Assembly (NCBI RefSeq): GCF_009914755.1
Contig: NC_060933.1
Length of the DNA: 64,000 bases
Source: the human T2T-CHM13v2.0 reference genome, Homo sapiens
Direction: 5' to 3' (one strand)
Every line of letters starts with the position of its first letter. Positions within the stretch are counted from its first letter, which is position 1. The notes below the pieces were generated by a model, which did no database searches, was not told the DNA's origin, and saw only the letters and a list, made by a program, of their open reading frames with translations. Positions 27,050 through 41,500 of this stretch are shown one piece after another. The translations under genes and the position numbers were made by a program.

Positions 27050-30000
27050 TTGGAATGGAATGGAATGGAATGGAATGGAATGGAATCGTTCCAAATGGAA
27101 TAGGAGGGAATGTATTCGAGTGGAATGGAAAGGAATGGAATCAACCAGAGTGGAATGGAAGGGAATGGAATGGAATGGAAACTAATAGAATGGAATCAAC
27201 CCGAGTGGAATGGGATGGAAAGGACTGGAATGGAATGGAATGGAATGGAATCAACTCGATTGTAATGGAATGGAATGGAATGGAATGGAATGGAATGGAA
27301 TGGAATTAACCCGAATACAATGCAATGGAATGGAAAGGAACGGAATGGAGTGGAATGGAATGGAATCAACCCGAGTGCAGGGGAATGGAATGGAATGGAA
27401 TGCAATGGAAAGGAATCATCCGGAATGGAATGGAATGGAATGGAATGCAAAGCAATGGAATCAACTCGATTGCAATGGAATGGAATGGAATGGAAAGGAA
27501 TACATTGGAATCAACCCGAGTGGAAAGGAATGGAAAGGACTGGAATGGAGTGGAATGGAATGGAATGGAATGGAATGGAATGGAAAGGAATCAACTTGAT
27601 TGGAATGGAATGGAATGGAATGGAATGGAATTAACCCGAATAGAAAGGAATGGAATGGAATGGAACGGAACGGAACGGAATGGAATGGAATGGAATGGAA
27701 TGGAATGGAATGGAATCAACCCGACTGCAGGGGAATGGAATGGAATGGAATGCAATGGAATGGATTCAACTTGAATGGAATGGAAAGAATGGAATCAACA
27801 CGAGTGGAATGGCATGGATTGGAATGGAATGGAATGGAATCAACCCGAGTACAGTGGAATGGAATGGAATGGATTGCAATGGAATGGAATCATCCGTAAT
27901 GGAATGGAAAGGAATGGAATGGAATGGAATGGAATGGAATCAACTCGATTGAAATCGAATGGAATGGAAGGGAATTAAGCCGAATAGAATGGAATGGAAT
28001 GGAATGGAACGGAACGGAACGGAACGGAACGGAATGGAATGGAATGGAATGGAATGGAACGGAGAGGAATGGAATGGAATGGAATGGAATGGAATCAACG
28101 CGAGTGCAGGGGAATGGAATGGAATGGAATGCAATGGAATGGAATCTTCCGGAATGGAATGGAATGGAATGGAATGGAATGGAATGGAATGGAATGGAAT
28201 CAACTCGATTGCAATCGAATGGAATGGAATGGAATTAACCCGAATAGAATGGAATGGAATGGAATGGAACGGAATGGAATGGAATGGAATGGAATGGAAT
28301 GGTATGGAAAGGAACGGAAAGGAATGGAATGGAATGGAATGGAATGGTATGGAATGGAATGGAATCAACGCGAGTGCAGGGCAATGGAATGGAATCGAAT
28401 TTAATGGAATGGAATGGAATGGAATCAACCCGAGTGCAGGGGAATGTAATGGAACTGAATGCAATGGAATGGAATCATCCGGAATGGAATGGAATGGAAT
28501 GGAATGGAATCAACCCGAGTGCAATGGAATGGAGTGGAATGGAATGGAATGGAATGGAACAACCCGAATGGAATGGAATGTAATGGAGAGTAACGGAGTT
28601 GAAAAGAATCAATCCGAATGTAATTGAATGGAATGGAACGTAATGGAATGGAATTCAATGGAATGCAATGGAATGGATTCAACTTGAATGGAATGGAAAG
28701 AATGGAATAAACACGAGTGGAATGGCATGGATTGGAATGGAATGGAATGGAATCAACCAGAGTACAGGGGAATGTATTGGAATGCAATGCAATAGAATGG
28801 AAGCATCCGTAATGGAATGGAAATGAATGGAATGGAATGGAATGGAATGGAATGGAATGGAATGGAATGGAATCAACTCGATTGCAATCGAATGGAATGG
28901 AATGGAATTAACCTGAATAGAATGGAATGGAATGGAATGGAACGGAACGGAATGGAATGGAATGGAATGGAATGGAATGGAACCGAACGGAACGGAATGG
29001 AATGGAATGGAATGGAATGGAATGGAATCAACGCGAGTGCAGGGGAATGGAATGGAATGGAATGCAATGGAATGGAATCTTCCGGAATGGAATGGAATGG
29101 AATGGAATGCAATGGATTCAACATGATTGCAATGGAATGGAATAGAATGGAATGGAATGGAATGGAATGGAATGGAATGGAATTAACCCGAATAGAATGG
29201 AATGGAATGGAACGGAATGGAACGGAAAGGAATGGAATGGAATGGAATGGAATGGAATGGAATGGAATGGTATGGAATGGAATGGAATGGAATGGAATCA
29301 ACGCGAGTGCAGGGGAATGTAATGGAAAGGAATGCAATGGAATGGAATCATCCGGAATGGAATGGAATGGAATGGAATCAACCCGAGTGCAATGGAATGG
29401 AGTGGAATGGAATGGAATGGAATGGAACAACCCGAATGGAATGGAATGTAATGGAGAGTAAGGGAGTTGAATAGAATCAATCCGAATGTAATGGAATGGT
29501 ATGGAACGGAATGGAATGGAATGGAATGGAATGGAATGCGATGGAATGGAATCAACCCGAATACAATGGAATGGAATGGAATGGAATGGAATGGAATGGA
29601 ATGGAATGGAATGGAATTGAATGGAATGGAATGGCTTCAAACCGAATGGAAGGGAAAGGAATGGAATCAACACGATTGGAATGGAATGGAATGGAATGGA
29701 ATGGAATGGTACGGAATAGAATGGAATTGAACGAAATAGAATGGAATGGAATGGAATGGAATGGAATGGAATGGAATGGAATGGATTCAACTCGAAAGGA
29801 ATCAACTCGATTTCAAAGGAATGGAATGGAATGGAAAGGAATAGAATGGAATCAACCCGAGTGGCATGGAATGGAAAGGCCTGGAATGGAGTGGAATGGA
29901 ATGGAATGGAATGGAATCAAAGCGATTGGAATGGAATGGAATGGAATGGAATGGAATCAACTCGATTGCAATGGAATGGAATGGAATGGAATTTTAATGG

Positions 30001-33000
30001 AATGGAATGGAATTAACACGAATAGAATGGAATGGAATGGAATGGAATGGAACGGAATGTAATGGAATGAAATGGAATGGAATCAACCCGAGTGCAGTGG
30101 AATGGAGTGGAATGGAATGCAATGGAATGCAATCATCCGGAATGGAATGGAATGGAATGGAATGGAATGGAATGGAATGGAATCAACTCGATTGCAATGG
30201 AGTGGAATGGAATGGAAACGAATTGAAGGGAATGGAATGGAATGTAATCAACCCGAGTGCAGGGGAATGGAATGGAATGGAATGCAATGGAATGGAATCA
30301 TCCGGAATGGAATGGAATGGAATGGAATGCAATCAACCCAATGCAATGGAATGGAGTGGAATGGAATGGAATGGAATGGAATGGAAACATCCCGAATGGA
30401 ATGGAATGTAATGGAGTGTAAGGGAATTGAATAGAATCAATCCGAATGTAATGGAATGGAATGGAATGAAATGGAATGGAGTGGAATGGAATGGAATCAA
30501 CCCGAGTGCAATGGAATGGATTCGAATGGAATGGAATGGAATGGAATGGATTCAACAAGAATGGAATGGAAAGGAATGGAATCAACCCGAGTGTAATGGC
30601 ATGGAATGGAATGGAATGGAATGGAATGGGATAGAATAGAATTTTACGGAATAGAATGGAATGGAATGAAATGGAATGGAATGGAATTTAATGGAATGGA
30701 ATGGAATGAACCTGTGTGCAATGTAATGGAATGGAATGGAATGGAATGGATTCAACTCGAATGGAATCAACTCGATTGCAATGGAATGGAATGGAATGGA
30801 AAGGAATAGAATGGAATCAACCCGAGTGGAATGGAATGGAAAGGACTGGAATGGAGTGGAATGGAATGGAATGGAATTAACCCGAATAGAATGGAATGGA
30901 ATGGAACGGAATGTAATGGAATGGAATGGAATGGATACAACCGGAGTGCAGGGGAATGGAATGGAATGGAATGCAATGGAATGGAATCATCCGGAATGGA
31001 ATGGAATTGAATGGAATGGAATGGAATCAACTCGATTTCAATGGAATGGAATGGAATAGAATGGAATGGAATTAACACGAATAGAATGGAATGGAATTGA
31101 ATGGAATGGAATGGAACGGAAAGGAATGCAATGGAATGGAATGGAATCAACCCAAGTGCAGGGGAATGGAATGGAATGGAATTCAATGGAATGGAATCAT
31201 CCGGAATGGAATGGAATGGAATGGAATGGAATGGAATGGAATGGAATGGAATCAACCCGAGTGCGATGGAATGGAGAGGAATGGAATGGAATGGAATGGA
31301 AACTACCCGAATGGAATGGAATGTAATGGAGTGTAAGGGAATTGAATAGAATCAATCCGAAAGTAATGGAATGGAACGGAACGGAATGGAATGCAATGGA
31401 ATGGAATCAACCCGAGTGCAATCGAATGGAATCGAATGGAATGGAATGCAATTGAATGGATTCAACTTGAATGGAATGGAAAGAATGGAATCAACACGAG
31501 TGGAATGGCATGGAATGGAATGGAATGGATTGAAATAAACCCGAGTACAGGGGAATGGAATGGAATGGAATGCAATTTAATGGAATAATCCGTAATGTAA
31601 TGGAAAGGAATGGAATGGAATGGAATGGAATGGAATGGAATGGAATGGAATCAACTCGATTGTAATGGATTGGAATGGAATGGAATGGAATGGAATGGAA
31701 TGGAATGGAATGGAATTAACCCGAATACAATGGAATGGAATGGAATGGAACGGAATGGAGTGGAATGGAATGGAATCAACCCGAGTGCAGGGGAATGGAA
31801 TGGAATGGAATGCAATGGAATGGAATCATCCGGAATGGAATGGAATGGAATGGAATGCAAAGCAATGGAATCAACTCGATTGCAATGGAATGGAATGGAA
31901 TGGAAAGGAATACAATGGAATCAACCCGAGTGGAATGGAATGGAAAGGAATGGAATGGAGTGGAATGGAATGGAATGGAATGGAATGGAATCAACTCGAT
32001 TGGAATGGAATGGAATGGAATGGAATGGAATGGAATGGAATGGAATGGAATTAACCCGAATAGAATGGAATGGAATGGAACGGAACGGAACGGAACGGAA
32101 TGGAATGGAATAGAATGGAATGGAATAGAATGGAATCAACCCGACTGCAGGGGAATGGAATGGAATGGAATGCAATGTAATGGATTCAACTTGAATGGAA
32201 TGGAAAGAATGGAATCAACACGATTAGAATGGCATGGATTGGAATGGAATGGAATGGAATCAACCCGAGTACAGGGGAATGGAATGGAATGGAATGCAAT
32301 GGAATGGAATCATCTGTAATGGAATGGAAAGGAATGGAATGGAATGGAATGGAACGGAATGGAATGGAATGGAATGGAATCAACTCGATTTCAATCGAAT
32401 GGAATGGAATGGAATTAACCCGAATAGAATGGAATGGAATGGAATGGAACGGAACGGAACGGAATGGAATGGAATGGAATGGAATGGAACGGAAAGGAAT
32501 GGAATGGAATGGAATGGAATGGAATGGAATGGAATTGAATCAACGCGAGTGCAGGGGAATGGAATGGAATCGAACGGAATGGAATGGAATGGAATGGAAT
32601 CAACCCGAGTGCAGGGGAATGTAATGGAACGGAATGCAATGGAATGGAATCATCCGGAATGGAATGGAATGGAATGGAATGGAATCAACCCGAGTGCAAT
32701 GAAATGGAGTGGAATGGAATGGAATGGAATGGAACAACCCGAATGGAATGGAATGTAATGGAGAGTAAGGGAGTTGAAAAGAATCAATCCGAAAGTAATG
32801 GAATGGAATGGAACGGAATGGAATGGCATGGAAAGGAATGGAATGGAATGGAATGGAATCAACCCGAGTGCAATGGAATGGAGAGGAATGGAATGGAATG
32901 GAATGGAATGGAATGGAATGGAATGGAATGGAATGGAACTGAAAAGAATAAACCCGAGTGCAGGGGAATGGAATGGAATGGAATGCAATGGAATGGAATC

Positions 33001-35590
33001 TTCCGGAATGGAATGGAATGGAATGGAATGGAATGCAATGGATTCAACTCGATTGCAATGGAATGGTATAGAATGGAATGGAATGGAATGGAATGGAATT
33101 AACCCGAATAGAATGGAATGGAATGGAATGGAACGGAACGGAACAGAACGGAATGGAACGGAATGGAACGGAATGGAATGGAATGGAATGGAATGGAATG
33201 GAATGGAATGGAATGGAATTGTATGGAATGGAATGGAATGGTACGGAATAGAATGGAATGGAAAGAATTGCAATGGAATGGAAACGAATGGAATGGAATG
33301 GAATGGAATGGAATCAACCCGAGTGTAGGGGAATGTAATGGAACGGAATGCAATGGAATGGAATCATCCGAAATGGAATGGAATGGATTGGAATGGAATG
33401 GAAAGGAATGGAATGGAATGGAATGGAATGGAATCAACCCGAGTGCAATGGAATGGAGTGGAATGGAATGGAATGGAATGGAACAACCCGAATGGAATGG
33501 AATGTAATGGAGAGTAAGGGAGTTGAATAGAAACAATCCGAATGTAACGGAATGGAACGGAATGGAATGGAATGGAATGGAATGGAATGGAATGGAATGC
33601 AATGGAATGGAATCAATCCAAGTACAATGGAATGGAATGGAATGGAATGGAATGGAATGGAATGGAATGGAAAGAATGGAATGGAATCAACCCGAGTGCA
33701 ATGGAATGGAGAGGAATGGAATGGAATGGAAACTACCCGAATGGAATGGAATGTAATGGAGTGTAAGGGAATTGAATACAATCAATCCGAATGGAATGGA
33801 ATGGAATGGAACGGAATGTAATGGAATGGAATGGAATGGAATCAACCCGAGTGCAGGGGAATGGAATGGAATGGAATGCAATGGAATGGAATCATCCGGA
33901 ATGGAATGGAATGGAATGCAATGGAATGGAATGGAATGGAATCAACCCGAGTGCAATGGAATGGAGTGAAATGGAATGGAATGGAATGGAAACAACCAGA
34001 ATGGATTGGAATATAATGGAGTGTAAGGGAATTGAATAGAATCAATCTGAGTGTAATGAAATGGAATGGAACGGAATGGAATGCAATGGAATGGAATGGA
34101 ATGGAATGGAATGCAATGGAGTGGAATCAACCCGAGTACAGGGGAATGGAATGGAATGGAATGCAATGGAATGGAATGGAATGGAATGGAATGGAATGGA
34201 ATGGAATGGAATGGAATCAACTCGATTGCAATCGAATGGAATGGAATGGAATTAACACGAATAGAATGGAATGGAATGGAATGGAACGGAACGGAACGGA
34301 ACGGAATGGAATGGAATGGAATGGAATGGAATGGAACGGAAAGGAATGGAATGGAACGGAATGGAATGGAATGGAATGGAACGGAACGGAATGGAATGGA
34401 ATGGAATTGAATGGAATGGAATGGAATCAACCCAACTGCAGGGGAATGGAATGGAATGGAATGCAATGGAATGGAATCATGCGGAACGGAATGCAATGGA
34501 ATGGAATGGAATCAACACGAGTGCAATGGAATGGAATTGAATCAACACGAGTGCAATGGAATGGAGTGGAATGGAATGGAATGGAATGGAATGGAACTAC
34601 CCGAATGGAATGTAATGTAATGGAGAGTAAGGGAGTTGAATAGAATCAATCCGAAAGTAATGGAAAGGAATGGAAAGGAATGGATTGGAATGGAATGGAA
34701 TGCAATGGAATGGAATCAAACCGAGTACAATGGATTGGAATGGAATGGAATGGACTGGAATGGAATGGAATCAACACGAGTGCAATGGAATGGAGTGGAA
34801 TGGAATGGAATGGAATGGAACAAAGCGAATGGAATGGAATGTAATGGAGAGTAAGGGAGTTGAATAGAAACAATCCGAATGTAATGGAATGGAACGGAAT
34901 GGAATGGAATGGAATGGAATGGAATGGAATGGAATCAACGCGAGTGCAGGGGAATGGAATGGAATCGAACGGAATGGAATGGAATGGAATGGAATCAACC
35001 CGAGTGCAGGGGAATGTAATGGAACGGAATGCAATGGAATGGAATCATCCGGAATGGAATGGAATGGAATGGAATGGAATCAACCCGAGTGCAATGAAAT
35101 GGAGTGGAATGGAATGGAATGGAATGGAACAACCCGAATGGAATGGAATGTAATGGAGAGTAAGGGAGTTGAAAAGAATCAATCCGAAAGTAATGGAATG
35201 GAATGGAACGGAATGGAATGGCATGGAAAGGAATGGAATGGAATGGAATGGAATCAACCCGAGTGCAATGGAATGGAGAGGAATGGAATGGAATGGAATG
35301 GAATGGAATGGAATGGAATGGAATGGAACTGAAAAGAATAAACCCGAGTGCAGGGGAATGGAATGGAATGGAATGCAATGGAATGGAATCTTCCGGAATG
35401 GAATGGAATGTAATGGAATGGAATGCAATGGATTCAACTCGATTGCAATGGAATGGTATAGAATGGAATGGAATGGAATGGAATGGAATTAACCCGAATA
35501 GAATGGAATGGAATGGAATGGAACGGAACGGAACAGAACGGAATGGAACGGAATGGAACGGAATGGAATGGAATGGAATGGAATGGAATG
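27050..35590 (-). repeat. About 8.5-kb higher-order repeat, copy 1
   Basis: ORF offsets of 8528 (27210/35738), 8543 (29741/38284), 8527 (31391/39918) and 8442 (34636/43078). Rare variants are shared, e.g. AAAGGCCTGG and GGAATTTTAATGG. Confidence 0.92.
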
Positions 35591-38500
35591 GAATGGAATG
35601 GAATGGAATGGAATCGTTCCGAATGGAACAGGAGGGAATGTATTCGAGTGGAATGGAAAGGAATGGAATCAACCAGAGTGGAATGGAAGGGAATGGAATG
35701 GAATGGAAACTAATAGAATGGAATCAACCCGAGTGGAATGGGATGGAAAGGACTGGAATGGAATGGAATGGAATGGAATCAACTCGATTGTAATGGAATG
35801 GAATGGAATGGAATGGAATGGAATGGAATGGAATTAACCCGAATACAATGCAATGGAATGGAAAGGAACGGAATGGAGTGGAATGGAATGGAATCAACCC
35901 GAGTGCAGGGGAATGGAATGGAATGGAATGCAATGGAAAGGAATCATCCGGAATGGAATGGAATGGAATGGAATGCAAAGCAATGGAATCAACTCGATTG
36001 CAATGGAATGGAATGGAATGGAAAGGAATACATTGGAATCAACCCGAGTGGAAAGGAATGGAAAGGACTGGAATGGAGTGGAATGGAATGGAATGGAATG
36101 GAATGGAATGGAAAGGAATCAACTTGATTGGAATGGAATGGAATGGAATGGAATGGAATTAACCCGAATAGAAAGGAATGGAATGGAATGGAACGGAACG
36201 GAACGGAATGGAATGGAATGGAATGGAATGGAATGGAATGGAATCAACCCGACTGCAGGGGAATGGAATGGAATGGAATGCAATGGAATGGATTCAACTT
36301 GAATGGAATGGAAAGAATGGAATCAACACGAGTGGAATGGCATGGATTGGAATGGAATGGAATGGAATCAACCCGAGTACAGTGGAATGGAATGGAATGG
36401 ATTGCAATGGAATGGAATCATCCGTAATGGAATGGAAAGGAATGGAATGGAATGGAATGGAATGGAATCAACTCGATTGAAATCGAATGGAATGGAAGGG
36501 AATTAAGCCGAATAGAATGGAATGGAATGGAAAGGAACGGAACGGAACGGAACGGAACGGAATGGAATGGAATGGAATGGAATGGAACGGAGAGGAATGG
36601 AATGGAATGGAATGGAATGGAATCAACGCGAGTGCAGGGGAATGGAATGGAATGGAATGCAATGGAATGGAATCTTCCGGAATGGAATGGAATGGAATGG
36701 AATGGAATGGAATGGAATGGAATCAACTCGATTGCAATCGAATGGAATGGAATGGAATTAACCCGAATAGAATGGAATGGAATGGAATGGAACGGAATGG
36801 AATGGAATGGAATGGAATGGAATGGTATGGAAAGGAACGGAAAGGAATGGAATGGAATGGAATGGAATGGTATGGAATGGAATGGAATCAACGCGAGTGC
36901 AGGGCAATGGAATGGAATCGAATTTAATGGAATGGAATGGAATGGAATCAACCCGAGTGCAGGGGAATGTAATGGAACTGAATGCAATGGAATGGAATCA
37001 TCCGGAATGGAATGGAATGGAATGGAATGGAATCAACCCGAGTGCAATGGAATGGAGTGGAATGGAATGGAATGGAATGGAACAACCCGAATGGAATGGA
37101 ATGTAATGGAGAGTAACGGAGTTGAAAAGAATCAATCCGAATGTAATTGAATGGAATGGAACGTAATGGAATGGAATTCAATGGAATGCAATGGAATGGA
37201 TTCAACTTGAATGGAATGGAAAGAATGGAATAAACACGAGTGGAATGGCATGGATTGGAATGGAATGGAATGGAATCAACCAGAGTACAGGGGAATGTAT
37301 TGGAATGCAATGCAATGGAATGGAAGCATCCGTAATGGAATGGAAATGAATGGAATGGAATGGAATGGAATGGAATGGAATGGAATGGAATGGAATGGAA
37401 TCAACTCGATTGCAATCGAATGGAATGGAATGGAATTAACCTGAATAGAATGGAATGGAATGGAATGGAACGGAACGGAATGGAATGGAATGGAATGGAA
37501 TGGAATGGAACCGAACGGAACGGAATGGAATGGAATGGAATGGAATGGAATGGAATCAACGCGAGTGCAGGGGAATGGAATGGAATGGAATGCAATGGAA
37601 TGGAATCTTCCGGAATGGAATGGAATGGAATGGAATGCAATGGATTCAACATGATTGCAATGGAATGGAATAGAATGGAATGGAATGGAATGGAATGGAA
37701 TGGAATGGAATTAACCCGAATAGAATGGAATGGAATGGAACGGAATGGAACGGAAAGGAATGGAATGGAATGGAATGGAATGGAATGGAATGGAATGGTA
37801 TGGAATGGAATGGAATGGAATGGAATCAACGCGAGTGCAGGGGAATGTAATGGAAAGGAATGCAATGGAATGGAATCATCCGGAATGGAATGGAATGGAA
37901 TGGAATCAACCCGAGTGCAATGGAATGGAGTGGAATGGAATGGAATGGAATGGAACAACCCGAATGGAATGGAATGTAATGGAGAGTAAGGGAGTTGAAT
38001 AGAATCAATCCGAATGTAATGGAATGGTATGGAACGGAATGGAATGGAATGGAATGGAATGGAATGCGATGGAATGGAATCAACCCGAATACAATGGAAT
38101 GGAATGGAATGGAATGGAATGGAATGGAATGGAATGGAATGGAATGGAATGGAGTGGAATTGAATGGAATGGAATGGCTTCAAACCGAATGGAAGGGAAA
38201 GGAATGGAATCAACACGATTGGAATGGAATGGAATGGAATGGAATGGAATGGTACGGAATAAAATGGAATTGAACGAAATAGAATGGAATGGAATGGAAT
38301 GGAATGGAATGGAATGGAATGGAATGGATTCAACTCGAAAGGAATCAACTCGATTTCAAAGGAATGGAATGGAATGGAAAGGAATAGAATGGAATCAACC
38401 CGAGTGGCATGGAATGGAAAGGCCTGGAATGGAGTGGAATGGAATGGAATGGAATGGAATCAAAGCGATTGGAATGGAATGGAATGGAATGGAATGGAAT

Positions 38501-41500
38501 CAACTCGATTGCAATGGAATGGAATGGAATGGAATTTTAATGGAATGGAATGGAATTAACACGAATAGCATGGAATGGAATGGAATGGAACGGAATGTAA
38601 TGGAATGAAATGGAATGGAATCAACCCGAGTGCAGGGGAATGGAATGGAATGGAATGCAATGGAATGCAATCATCCGGAATGGAATGGAATGGAATGGAA
38701 TGGAATGGAATGGAATCAACTCGATTGCAATGGAGTGGAATGGAATGGAAACGAATTGAAGGGAATGGAATGGAATGTAATCAACCCGAGTGCAGGGGAA
38801 TGGAATGGAATGGAATGCAATGGAATGGAATCATCCGGAATGGAATGGAATGGAATGGAATGCAATCAACCCAATGCAATGGAATGGAGTGGAATGGAAT
38901 GGAATGGAATGGAATGGAAACATCCCGAATGGAATGGAATGTAATGGAGTGTAAGGGAATTGAATAGAATCAATCCGAATGTAATGGAATGGAATGGAAT
39001 GAAATGGAATGGAGTGGAATGGAATGGAATCAACCCGAGTGCAATGGAATGGATTCGAATGGAATGGAATGGAATGGAATGGATTCAACAAGAATGGAAT
39101 GGAAAGGAATGGAATCAACCCGAGTGTAATGGCATGGAATGGAATGGAATGGAATGGAATGGGATAGAATGGAATTTTACGGAATAGAATGGAATGGAAT
39201 GAAATGGAATGGAATGGAATTTAATGGAATGGAATGGAATGAACCTGTGTGCAATGTAATGGAATGGAATGGAATGGAATGGATTCAACTCGAATGGAAT
39301 CAACTCGATTGCAATGGAATGGAATGGAATGGAAAGGAATAGAATGGAATCAACCCGAGTGGAATGGAATGGAAAGGACTGGAATGGAGTGGAATGGAAT
39401 GGAATGGAATTAACCCGAATAGAATGGAATGGAATGGAACGGAATGTAATGGAATGGAATGGAATGGATTCAACCCGAGTGCAGGGGAATGGAATGGAAT
39501 GGAATGCAATGGAATGGAATCATCCGGAATGGAATGGAATTGAATGGAATGGAATGGAATCAACTCGATTTCAATGGAATGGAATGGAATAGAATGGAAT
39601 GGAATTAACACGAATAGAATGGAATGGAATTGAATGGAATGGAATGGAACGGAAAGGAATGCAATGGAATGGAATGGAATCAACCCAAGTGCAGGGGAAT
39701 GGAATGGAATGGAATTCAATGGAATGGAATCATCCGGAATGGAATGGAATGGAATGGAATGGAATGGAATGGAATGGAATCAACCCGAGTGCAATGGAAT
39801 GGAGAGGAATGGAATGGAATGGAATGGAAACTACCCGAATGGAATGGAATGTAATGGAGTGTAAGGGAATTGAATGAATCAATCCGAAAGTAATGGAATG
39901 GAACGTAACGGAATGGAATGCAATGGAATGGAATCAACCCGAGTGCAATCGAATGGAATCGAATGGAATGGAATGCAATTGAATGGATTCAACTTGAATG
40001 GAATGGAAAGAATGGAATCAACACGAGTGGAATGGCATGGAATGGAATGGAATGGATTGAAATAAACCCGAGTACAGGGGAATGGAATGGAATGGAATGC
40101 AATGGAATGGAATAATCCGTAATGTAATGGAAAGGAATGGAATGGAATGGAATGGAATGGAATGGAATGGAATGGAATGGAATCAACTCGATTGTAATGG
40201 ATTGGAATGGAATGGAATGGAATGGAATGGAATGGAATGGAATGGAATTAACCCGAATACAATGGAATGGAATGGAATGGAACGGAATGGAGTGGAATGG
40301 AATGGAATCAACCCGAGTGCAGGGGAATGGAATGGAATGGAATGCAATGGAATGGAATAATCCGGAATGGAATGGAATGGAATGGAATGCAAAGCAATGG
40401 AATCAACTCGATTGCAATGGAATGGAATGGAATGGAAAGGAATACAATGGAATCAACCCGAGTGGAATGGAATGGAAAGGACTGGAATGGAGTGGAATGG
40501 AATGGAATGGAATGGAATGGAATCAACTCGATTGGAATGGAATGGAATGGAATGGAATGGAATGGAATGGAATTAACCCGAATAGAATGGAATGGAATGG
40601 AACGGAACGGAACGGAACGGAATGGAATGGAATAGAATGGAATGGAATAGAATGGAATCAACCCGACTGCAGGGGAATGGAATGGAATGGAATGCAATGT
40701 AATGGATTCAACTTGAATGGAATGGAAAGAATGGAATCAACACGATTGGAATGGCATGGATTGGAATGGAATGGAATGGAATCAACCCGAGTACAGGGGA
40801 ATGGAATGGAATGGAATGCAATGGAATGGAATCATCTGTAATGGAATGGAAAGGAATGGAATGGAATGGAATGGAACGGAATGGAATGGAATGGAATGGA
40901 ATCAACTCGATTTCAATCGAATGGAATGGAATGGAATTAACCCGAATAGAATGGAATGGAATGGAATGGAACGGAACGGAACGGAATGGAATGGAATGGA
41001 ATGGAATTGAATCAACGCGAGTGCAGGGGAATGGAATGGAATCGAACGGAATGGAATGGAATGGAATGGAATCAACCCGAGTGCAGGGGAATGTAATGGA
41101 ACGGAATGCAATGGAATGGAATCATCCGGAATGGAATGGAATGGAATGGAATGGAATCAACCCGAGTGCAATGAAATGGAGTGGAATGGAATGGAATGGA
41201 ATGGAACAACCCGAATGGAATGGAATGTAATGGAGAGTAAGGGAGTTGAAAAGAATCAATCCGAAAGTAATGGAATGGAATGGAACGGAATGGAATGGCA
41301 TGGAAAGGAATGGAATGGAATGGAATGGAATCAACCCGAGTGCAATGGAATGGAGAGGAATGGAATGGAATGGAATGGAATGGAATGGAATGGAATGGAA
41401 TGGAATGGAACTGAAAAGAATAAACCCGAGTGCAGGGGAATGGAATGGAATGGAATGCAATGGAATGGAATCTTCCGGAATGGAATGGAATGGAATGGAA

